A stretch of 64,000 nucleotides of DNA, from positions 32,001 to 96,000 of the forward strand of contig JBBRLX010000003.1 of the NCBI GenBank assembly GCA_038231135.1. Reading direction: 5' to 3'. The stretch comes from Candidatus Eiseniibacteriota bacterium (lineage in GTDB: Bacteria > Eisenbacteria > RBG-16-71-46). The translations under genes and the position numbers were made by a program. A model generated the notes under the pieces. The model was given only the letters and a program-made list of their open reading frames with translations. It had not been told where the DNA came from and did no database searches. Each line of letters begins with the position of its first letter. The first letter of the stretch is position 1. Positions 17,936 through 26,800 of the stretch are shown piece after piece.

Positions 17936-20900
17936 GCGGCGCCGCCCGGCCGCAGGGCACTCGACGGGCAGAACCGCGAGTAGGGGCAGAAGCTGCAGCG
18001 CCGGGGCTCGGGTGTGGCGGGGAACCGCGCGCTGCGGATGCCGGCAGCGGCCTCCATGATGCGCTGGCGGGCACGCACCAGATGCTCGGGCTTCACCTCC
18101 GCCGAGCCCACGAGGCCCGATTCCACGAACCGCAGCTCGACCCGCGCGGGCATGGTGCCGCGCGTCTCGAAGTAGGCGAGCGCGTAGATGCCGAGCTGCT
18201 CGTCCTTGAGGCTCTGCTCGGCGCGCTTGTCGGCGCGGTCGACGGCCTCGATCTCGGCGGTCTTGTAGTCCACGAGCACGATCTCGCCGTGGCGCTCGTC
18301 GATGCGGTCGAACCGGCCGATCACCGTCGCGGCCTCGACGGCGAACCGGAACTCCATCTCGATCGCGAGCGGTATCACACCGCTGTTGTCCTCGGCCTCG
18401 ACGAACCGGCGCAGGATCGCCTTGCCTTCCTCCTGGCGCAGGTCCTCGTGCTCGCGGGTGTAGAACCCCTCGCTCGACCACGCGCCGGTGAACGCGCCGA
18501 TCACGTCGTCGGTGGTGATCGGCAGGCCCTTGAGCTTGTGGCGATGGTAGATCTTGATCGCGTGGTGGATCGCGATGCCGAACATCATGCGCGGGTCGCG
18601 GGCGAGCGGGATCTGCGCGAGGTGGGCGTAGCGATACTTGAGCGGGCATGTCAGGTAGTCGTCGATCTGGTGGTGCGAAATCGTGATCGGCGCGTCGTCC
18701 GCCAGCGGCTGCATCTCGGGCACCGGCGCGTCGGTGCCGGGGGCGTAGCGGGCGATCGACTGCATCGCCGACGACGGCTCGGCGCGTCGCGGGGTCTCGG
18801 TGAGACCCAGCGCCTCGACCACGAACTTGCTGGTCTTGCGCAGCATCTTGCCGCCGTAGTCCGCGGCGTACGTCATCACCAGCCGGTCGCGCGCGCGCGT
18901 CACGCCCACGAAGAACAGCCGGCGCTCCTCGCGCTCGTGGTCGGCCTTCTCGTCCACCGCGCCGATGTACAGCTCGGGGGGCAGCGCCATGGTCTCGCTG
19001 CGCTGCCGCAGCGGAAACTTCTGCTCTGCGAGCTGCACCATGTACACCACCGGGAACTCGAGGCCCTTGGCGTTGTGGGCGGTCAGCAGGTGCACGGCGT
19101 TCTCGTCCAGCTCGATCTCGGCGGCGGACGGGTCGTCGCCGGCCTCGATCAGGAGATCGAGGTGGCGCATGAACTGGTCGACGCGATCCACCTTGAGCAA
19201 GGGGCCGATGCGAGCCGCGATGTGGAACAGCTTGTTCAAATTCTTCGCCTGCTCCACGGCCTCGAGGCTGCCGGCGCCGGCGAGCGATTCCAGGATGCCG
19301 CTCTCGGCCGCGAATTCGTACAGCACCTCGGTGGTCGGCCGGCGCACCGCGCTGCTGGCGAGCCGGCGGTGCAGCTCCGCGAACGACACGATTGCCGTGC
19401 GCGACGCGGCCGACAGGTCGAACGACGCGTCGCGCGCCGCGGCGGTCGCGATCGCGAGCAGGCCCTGGTTGCGTCGGCGCGCGTGGGCCGACAGCCGTGC
19501 CAGGTCCACGGCGTCGACGCTATAGAGCGGATGGCCCAGCACCTGGTGCACCGAGGGACCGTCATCGGGATCGGCGATCGCGCGCAGCACGTTGAGGCAT
19601 AGCTGCACCTCGGTGCGGCCGTAGAGGCCGCGCGTGTTTGCGCGCTGGAACGGAATGCCCCTGGCCTTGAGCGCGGCGGCGAACGGCTCGAGGTGCGTGT
19701 GCGCGCGGGCGAGGATCGCGATGTCGCCGGGGGCGAGCGTGCCTTCGGCGAGCGTCTGTTCGATGGATGCGATGACCGCGTCGGCCTCGTTGCTCGCCGT
19801 GCGGTAGGTCTCGTGCTCGACCACGCCGGGTTCCGGGCGGTGGGCCCGCAGCCGCTTGTCGAGGTTCGCCTTGAACTCGAGCCGCTCCGGATTGTTGCGC
19901 TGGATCAGCCGGTGCGCGACGTCGAGGATCGCCTGGCCCGAGCGGTAATTGCGGGTCAGCAGCACCATCTTCGAGTTGGCGTAGGTGTCGCGGAACTGCA
20001 GCAGGTTCTCGACCTTGGCGCCGCGGAACCGGTAGATGCTCTGGTCGTCGTCGCCGACCACGGTCACGTTCGGCCGGCGTCCCGCGAGATGCTTCACCAG
20101 CTCGAACTGCACGTGGTTCGTGTCCTGGAATTCGTCGACCAGGACGTAGCGATAGCGCTCGGCGTATTCGCGGCGCAGGTACGGCCGCTCGCGCAGCAGC
20201 CGCAGCGCAAGGCTGATCTGCGAACCGAAGTCGATGCGGCCGTTCGTCAGCAGCAGCTGCTGGTAGGCGGCGTACGCGGTCGCCTTCTCGAGCTCCATGT
20301 CGGCGCGATCGCGGTCGGCGTCGGTGGTCGCCGCTGCCGCCAGCTCGTGCGCGAACGCCAGATACCGCTCGGGCGACACGTCCTCGTCGCGCGCGCGGTC
20401 GAACAGCGTCACCAGCGCATCGAGGTGCTCGTCGGGCCGGCCGAGCGGCAGGTAGCGCCTGAGTCCCAGCTCGAACAGGTGTTCGCGCAGGAACACCAGG
20501 ATCTCGGCGCGGCTCTCGACGCGGAGCTGGGTCGTGAGCCCGAGCTCGACCGCGTGCTCGCGCAGCATGCGGTCGCCGAACGCGTGGAACGTGCAGATCG
20601 TGGTGCCGGTGAAGCCGTAGGGGACCAGCTCGTCGACGCGCGCCTCCATCTCGGCGGCGGCCTTTTCCGTGAACGTCAGCGCCAGGATCTGCTCGGGGCG
20701 CGCCTTCTTGGCCGCGATCAGCCACGCGATGCGGCGCGTGACGACCTGGGTCTTGCCGGTGCCGGCGCCCGCGACGATCAGCAGCGGGCCCTCGCCGTGT
20801 GTGACGGCGGCGCGCTGCTCGTCGTTCAAGCCCTCGAGGATCGCGTCGGCGGCGCTGCGCGGGACGGCGGGCTCGATCGCGGCCTCGGCCGGGTCCGCCA

Positions 20901-20961
20901 CCGTGGCCGGGCCGAACAGCTCGAGCGACGGGTCCCCGGGCCGGGCGCGGGGGGTGGTCAA
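17932..20961 (-). CDS. UvrD/PcrA-like SF1 helicase fused to a C-terminal PD-(D/E)XK nuclease with Fe-S cysteines
   Basis: AGAGTGKT, DEFQD, GDDDQSIYRFRGA, NYRS, AKGLEF, EERRLFFVGVTRA; then YLTCP, GRFDRID, VDYKT, QLGIYA, CSFCPYSRFC; TTG start inferred. Confidence 0.9.
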   Translation of the reverse strand: MTTPRARPGDPSLELFGPATVADPAEAAIEPAVPRSAADAILEGLNDEQRAAVTHGEGPLLIVAGAGTGKTQVVTRRIAWLIAAKKARPEQILALTFTEKAAAEMEARVDELVPYGFTGTTICTFHAFGDRMLREHAVELGLTTQLRVESRAEILVFLREHLFELGLRRYLPLGRPDEHLDALVTLFDRARDEDVSPERYLAFAHELAAAATTDADRDRADMELEKATAYAAYQQLLLTNGRIDFGSQISLALRLLRERPYLRREYAERYRYVLVDEFQDTNHVQFELVKHLAGRRPNVTVVGDDDQSIYRFRGAKVENLLQFRDTYANSKMVLLTRNYRSGQAILDVAHRLIQRNNPERLEFKANLDKRLRAHRPEPGVVEHETYRTASNEADAVIASIEQTLAEGTLAPGDIAILARAHTHLEPFAAALKARGIPFQRANTRGLYGRTEVQLCLNVLRAIADPDDGPSVHQVLGHPLYSVDAVDLARLSAHARRRNQGLLAIATAAARDASFDLSAASRTAIVSFAELHRRLASSAVRRPTTEVLYEFAAESGILESLAGAGSLEAVEQAKNLNKLFHIAARIGPLLKVDRVDQFMRHLDLLIEAGDDPSAAEIELDENAVHLLTAHNAKGLEFPVVYMVQLAEQKFPLRQRSETMALPPELYIGAVDEKADHEREERRLFFVGVTRARDRLVMTYAADYGGKMLRKTSKFVVEALGLTETPRRAEPSSAMQSIARYAPGTDAPVPEMQPLADDAPITISHHQIDDYLTCPLKYRYAHLAQIPLARDPRMMFGIAIHHAIKIYHRHKLKGLPITTDDVIGAFTGAWSSEGFYTREHEDLRQEEGKAILRRFVEAEDNSGVIPLAIEMEFRFAVEAATVIGRFDRIDERHGEIVLVDYKTAEIEAVDRADKRAEQSLKDEQLGIYALAYFETRGTMPARVELRFVESGLVGSAEVKPEHLVRARQRIMEAAAGIRSARFPATPEPRRCSFCPYSRFCPSSALRPGGAA

Positions 20962-22055
20962 GTCCGCAGCCGCGGCACGCGCCAGTCGATCGGCGCGCGA
21001 TTGAGCCGGCGGGCGCCTTGATCGGTGACGGCGACCAGGTCCTCGAGCCGCACGCCGAACGCGCCCGGCAGGTAGATGCCGGGCTCCACGCTGTGCGTCA
21101 TGCCCGCGCGCAGCAACTCGCGATTGCCGGCGACGATGTAGGGCGGCTCGTGGACTTCGAGGCCGACGCCGTGGCCGGTGCGGTGGACGAACTCCGCGCC
21201 ATGGCCGGCGGCCTCGATCACCGAGCGCGCGGCGCGGTCGACCGACTCGGCGGTGACGCCCGGCTTGAGCGCCGCGATCGCCGCGGCGCGCGCGGCGTTC
21301 ACCGTGTCGAATACGGCGATGAATTCGGCGGGCGGCGTGCCCATGAAATACGTGCGCGTGATGTCCGACACGTAGCCGTCGGTGACCGCGCCCAGGTCGA
21401 GCATCACGACGTCGTCCTCGCGGATGCGGTCGCCCGAGGTGAAGTGATGGGGCAGCGCCGAGTTCGCTCCCGCCGCGACGATCGCCCACGCGCCGTCGTC
21501 GCCCGCGGCCTCGAACGCCTCGAAGATCATGCGGGCGACGTCCTGCTCGGTCATGCCCGGCGCCATGCGGTCGGCGACGGCCTCGACGATCGCGTCGGCG
21601 TGCCCGGCGGCGCGCTCGAGCGCCGCCAGCTCCTGCGCGTCCTTGACGGCGCGCAGCGGCCCCAGCACCTCGGTGGCGGGCCGGCAGCGCACCAGCCCGG
21701 CCAGCCTGAGCAGCGGGGACACGCGCAGGCCTTCGCCCAGCAGCAGCGTGGACGCGGCACCCAGCCCCATGCGGCGCTCGAGCCGCTCGATCGGGTCCTC
21801 GGCCTCGGTCCACACCTCGAGCGCCAGCCACGGGCACTCCCGGCCCAGCATCTCGGCTTCGAGCGCCGGCACCACGGCGAAGGGGTCGCCGCGGGCGGGC
21901 ACCGCGATCGCGACCAGCCGCTCGGTCGCGCGCGCCCGGGCGCCGGTGAGCCAGCGGAAGTCGGGCGACGCCGGCACCAGCAGCCAGTCCGCCGCCGCGC
22001 GCGCGAGCGCCGCCTGCACGCGCTCGAGGCGCGCCGTCGTTCCCGTGGCCGTCAT
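20958..22055 (-). CDS. Xaa-Pro peptidase family M24 (prolidase/aminopeptidase P)
   Basis: DLG..GYVSDITRT, HRTGHGVGLEVHE, SVEPGIY, GVRLED. Confidence 0.92.
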   Translation of the reverse strand: MTATGTTARLERVQAALARAAADWLLVPASPDFRWLTGARARATERLVAIAVPARGDPFAVVPALEAEMLGRECPWLALEVWTEAEDPIERLERRMGLGAASTLLLGEGLRVSPLLRLAGLVRCRPATEVLGPLRAVKDAQELAALERAAGHADAIVEAVADRMAPGMTEQDVARMIFEAFEAAGDDGAWAIVAAGANSALPHHFTSGDRIREDDVVMLDLGAVTDGYVSDITRTYFMGTPPAEFIAVFDTVNAARAAAIAALKPGVTAESVDRAARSVIEAAGHGAEFVHRTGHGVGLEVHEPPYIVAGNRELLRAGMTHSVEPGIYLPGAFGVRLEDLVAVTDQGARRLNRAPIDWRVPRLRT

Positions 22056-22126
22056 GTTGGGACGCTAGCACGGGAGCCGAGTGCGTTCCAGAGTACCGCG
22101 CGATGTGCGCTACACTGCGTGATTCC

Positions 22127-23713
22127 ATGGACGGACCCACCCGGTTCACCGCATCCGCGCTGCGGCGCGCGAACGCCCGATCGAGATTCGCGATCGTGGT
22201 GGCGAGCGCGTTCGCGATCGCCACCGCTGGCTGTGCCCAACATCACCTGGCGCCGGTCACGAACCTGTCGTGGGCGCTCGGCGGTTCCGAGCCGCCGTTC
22301 GATCCCGAGGGTCCGCCCGATGTGCGGCGCTGGGCGCTCGAGCGACTGCTGACGCGCGGGCTCGTCGACGAGGAGCGCGACGGCGCCATCGTTCCCGCCG
22401 CCGCCGAATCGATTCTCGTCTCGGACGACAGCCTCACATGGACGTTCCGCCTCAAGTCCGGGCTCGTGTTCAGCGACGGCACGCCGTGCCGCAGCGCCGA
22501 CTTCGCGCGCGAGCTGACGGGCGGGCTCGGGCGCGCCGACCATGCGACGCGCTCGTGGACGCTCGCCGCGGTGCGCGGCGTGGACGCGGTGCGCGTGGGC
22601 AAGCCGCTGCCCGCGCTCGGCATCGAGACGCCGGACGACCGCACGCTGGTGCTGCGGCTCGTCCGCCAGGACCGGCTGCTGCTGCGCAAGCTCGCGATGC
22701 CCGGCGTCAGCGACGCGTGGTCCACCGGGTCGGGAGCGACGTGGAAGGGCGCGCGTGGCCTCGGCCCATTCCGCGTGGCCGCGGCGGATTCCGGGCGCCG
22801 CATGTGGCTGGTGCCGGTAGGCAAACCCCAAACGTTCGGCGCCTGGGTCGAGCCCGAGACGACGCTGATTCGCTTCGGCCTCACGCCCGCGCGCGTCCGT
22901 GCCCTGCAGCGCAACCACGCGGTGGACCTGGTGTGGCCGCTGCCGGTCGGCATGCTCGACCAGGCGCTGCCCGACGGCTTCCGCAGCGCGACAGCGCCGG
23001 CGCGTCCGCGGCGACTGATGCTGCTGGTGATGCGCGCCGACCTGCCGCCCACATCTAAGCTCGCGGCCCGGCAGGCCCTCGCTCACGGGATCAATCGCGA
23101 CGACGTCGTGCGCCTGCTGGGTCAGGATGCCGATCGGCGGACATCGTGGATCGTGGGCGCCGGCCCCGCGGACTTTCCGACACTCGACGGCGGGCAGATT
23201 CAGTTGTGGATGGACCGCGGCAAGCTGGGCCGTTCTTTCCACGTCGATCTGGCGTTCCGCGGCGACGGCGAAGGCGCGAGCATCGCTCGCACCATGCAGG
23301 GCGACTGGTCGCGGTATTCGATCTACATCGAGCCGACCCCGATGCGCGGCGAGCGCTGGACCGAGGAGGCGCTCAACGGGTCGACGCACCTGTTGCTGGT
23401 CGAATCGCAGGCGCCGCTCGATGACGTGTCAGCCGAGCTGGCGCAACTCGTGATGCCGCTGCGCGGTCCGGCGGTGGGCACCTGGCGGTCCGGCTGGCGG
23501 ACCCGGGAGTTCGACGCCGCGATCGGCTGGAAGGCGGCGGTGGCGCCCCCGGACCCCGAGGTCATTGCACAACGCCTCGAGCAGGAGCTGGTGGCGCTGC
23601 CGCTCGCCGAACTGCCATGGGCGTGGATCCAACGTGAAGGGACGCCTGATGTTCCGGTACATCCCCACTTCGGTCCCGAGTGCCTGATCCCGGTGCCGGC
23701 CAAGGCCCCGTAA
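22127..23713 (+). CDS. Family 5 ABC substrate-binding lipoprotein (divergent)
   Basis: Lipobox TAGC, WTFRLKSGLVFSDGTP, PDDRTLVLRL, GLGPF, RQALAHGINR; start 22103 or 22127. Confidence 0.75.
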   Translation: MDGPTRFTASALRRANARSRFAIVVASAFAIATAGCAQHHLAPVTNLSWALGGSEPPFDPEGPPDVRRWALERLLTRGLVDEERDGAIVPAAAESILVSDDSLTWTFRLKSGLVFSDGTPCRSADFARELTGGLGRADHATRSWTLAAVRGVDAVRVGKPLPALGIETPDDRTLVLRLVRQDRLLLRKLAMPGVSDAWSTGSGATWKGARGLGPFRVAAADSGRRMWLVPVGKPQTFGAWVEPETTLIRFGLTPARVRALQRNHAVDLVWPLPVGMLDQALPDGFRSATAPARPRRLMLLVMRADLPPTSKLAARQALAHGINRDDVVRLLGQDADRRTSWIVGAGPADFPTLDGGQIQLWMDRGKLGRSFHVDLAFRGDGEGASIARTMQGDWSRYSIYIEPTPMRGERWTEEALNGSTHLLLVESQAPLDDVSAELAQLVMPLRGPAVGTWRSGWRTREFDAAIGWKAAVAPPDPEVIAQRLEQELVALPLAELPWAWIQREGTPDVPVHPHFGPECLIPVPAKAP

Positions 23714-23879
23714 GTTTGATCTCGATTGTCGTTGATCCCTGTCTGAACACAATCTAAACTTCTGATGCGCGCTCCGAACCCCCTTCCGAGCGTGGTAACC
23801 ACCTTGAGACGGATGCCCCCGCTGTAAGCCCCAGTGGTATCCGGGCATCGTTCTCACGCCTGGCCCAGGAAGGTCCCCC

Positions 23880-26800
23880 ATGATTCGTCGGAACTCTGCC
23901 GTGGTGTGTGCTGGATTCCTGTGTGTGTCGCTGTTCGCCGCCGCCGTGCAGGCCGCGACGGTGGAGCGTGAATTCCGCTATTCATCCGACCGGATTCACG
24001 TGAACGCGGCGCAGGGGACCGTCGATGTCGATCTGCCCGGCGCCACACGCGAGTTCCGCCCCGGCCGCCCCGACCTGCCGCTCGTCACCGAACGTGTGGA
24101 CCTGCCGGACGGCATGCGCGTCACCGGCGTGCGGGTCATCGAGCTGGTCACGGCGCCGCTCGGACCGCGCGTGAAACTCGCGAGCTCGATGGTGGTGAAG
24201 CCGGGACTCGGTGCGATCGCCCGCACCCCCCCCGACGCCCAGTTTTTCTCCCGGCCGGGCATGCAGCCCGAAATTCCGGTGTCGCTCGGCTATCAGGGCT
24301 TCCAGCGCGGCCAGCACGTGGCCCTGCTCGCGGTCGCGCCCGTGCGCTGGAACGCCGGCACCGGGGCGCTCGAGCACATCACCCGGCTGCGCGTGTCGCT
24401 CACGCTCGAGCCGTCCACCGAGGTGGCGCTGCGCCGCGAGCGCATCGTGCCCGAGTGGGAGGACGACCGGCTGTTGACGGCGCCGGGCCGTGTGATGCCG
24501 CCCGCGTCGCTCGGCATGCGCGCCAATGCCGTGGGCCGCATCCAGAAGCCGGTGTTCGCCGCGACCCAGCTGCCGTCGCTGCTGGGCAGCCCGGTCGCTT
24601 ACGTGATCGTGACGAGCGATTCGATGGCGGCCCAGTTCCAGCGCCTCGCGGACTGGAAGACCCAGACCGGCGTGCCGGCGGTCGTGCGCACGATGACCAC
24701 GATCCGCCAGCAGTATCCGTACGCGTCGGACGATGCCGACCGCGTGCGCCAGTTCGTGCGTGACGCCTACACGCGATGGGGCACCAAGTGGCTGCTGCTC
24801 GGCGGCGACGTTGACGCGGTTCCGTCGCGGACCGCCTACACCACATTCTACGAGCCGGGCGGCGAGAACATCCCGACCGACATGTACTACTCGTGCCTCG
24901 ACGGCAACTGGAACGCCGACGGCGACAGTCTCTACGGTGAGGGGTATCTCGACGCCACCGACCCCGGTGACGCGGCCGACATGCTGCCCGAGGTCTACGT
25001 CGGCCGCGCGCCGGTAACCACCTCCGCCGACGCGAAGCTGTTCGTCGACAAGACGCTGCAATACGAGAAGACGCCGGTCGGCGACTACGAGAATACGGTG
25101 CTGTACTTCGCCCAGGTGCTGTTCCCGGAGAACTGGACGCCGGGCCAGTTCGTCTCGCTGGACGGCGCCGCATTGGCCGAGGAGACGCTGCCCTACCTGC
25201 GTGCGCATGGCGGAATCCACTATGCGCGGCTCTACCAGAACTACACCGATTCCACCTGGGAGCCCGGCTCGCTGCCCGAGAACCGGACTTCGGTGCTCGA
25301 TTCGCTCGACCGCGGCTACAACATGGCGGTGCACATCGGTCACGGCTACCGCAATGTCATGGCGGTGGGCTACCAGCAGAACCTGGTGAACGCGGACGCG
25401 CTGGCCCTGACCAACGGCAACCGACTCATCAACCTGTATTCGATCAATTGCACGTCGAATGCGATCGACTTCCCGTCGATCGGCGAAGCGTTCCTGCTCG
25501 CCGCCAACGGTGGCGCGGTGACGAACGTCGGATCGACGCGGCTCGACTTCCCGTCGGCCGGCCGCAGTTACCAGAAGGAATATTTCAAGAAGGTGTTCCA
25601 GGACAGCGTCACCGCGGTGGGTGAGGCGGCGGCGGATCAGAAGCTGCCGTTCGTGACCTATTCCACGAGCGACAACGTGAACCGGTGGATGGAGTTCACG
25701 CTGATCCTGCTCGGCGACCCCGAACTGCGCATGTTCACCGCGAAGCCGCGCACGCTGACGGTGACGAATCCGGCGTCGATTCCGATCTCCGACTCCACGC
25801 TGACGGTGAACGTCAAGGTCGCGGGCGTCGCGCTCAAGGGCGCGCGGGTGACGGCCTACAAGGTGAACGACGAATACCGCATCGGCACCACCGACGCCGC
25901 CGGCAACGTGGTGCTGCCGTTCCGTCCCGACACCGCCGGCACCGTCACGCTGACCGTGAACGCGTACGACGCGCGGCCCTACCAGGTGCAGGTCCCGATC
26001 GTCGCGGGCGCCCAGCCGGTGATGGCCGAGGGCTCGCCGGTGATCGACGACGACAACCTGGGCGGCACGAGCGGTAACGCGAACGGCCTCGTCGACGCCG
26101 GGGAAGTGGTCGACCTCAAGGTGCAGATCCGCAACAACGGCAGCGCGACCGCGTCCGGCGTGACCGGCACGCTGTCGTCGTCCGATCCCTACGTCACCGT
26201 GATCCAGCCGACCGTGTCGTACGGCACGGTGGCTGCCGGCGCCACCTCGGCGGTGTCCGTGGCCTACCGCATCAACGTCCCGCTCACGACGCCGGACGAT
26301 CGCGAAGTCTCGTTCAACCTGCGGCTGGCCGACGGCGCCGGCCGGACATGGAACGAGCGGATTTCCGTGGTCAGTCACGCACCGTCGATCCGCCACTATT
26401 CGGAGACCGTGATCGACACCGGCATCAATCCCAACGGCCGCCCCGATCCGGGTGAAACGGTGCAGTACCTCGTCAAGCTCCGCAACGTCGGCACGGGTGT
26501 GGCGCAGTCGGTGACCGCGAAGCTGCGGTCGTGGAACGGCCTCGCCTCGGTCACCGACAGCACCGCCACGTGGGGCACGATCAATCCGGGTGAGGAGAAG
26601 CAGGGCGACGCGATGGTGTTCATTCCCACGAGCACGAACGCGATCCTCCAGTTGCTCGTGTCGGACGCGCATGGCCTCGTGTTCTCGAAACTGCTCGACC
26701 TGCATCAGCCGCCGTCCCCCGTCGATCTGAGCGGGCTCGGCTCCACGTCGAGCATCCCGCTGACATGGGGTCACTCGGCGGTGCCCGATCTGCTCGGCTA

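Noticed and set aside
20962..22224. 1430-aa version of the helicase ORF
   Set aside because: The extension is an alternate frame of the M24 peptidase gene; helicase motifs begin after about 20850
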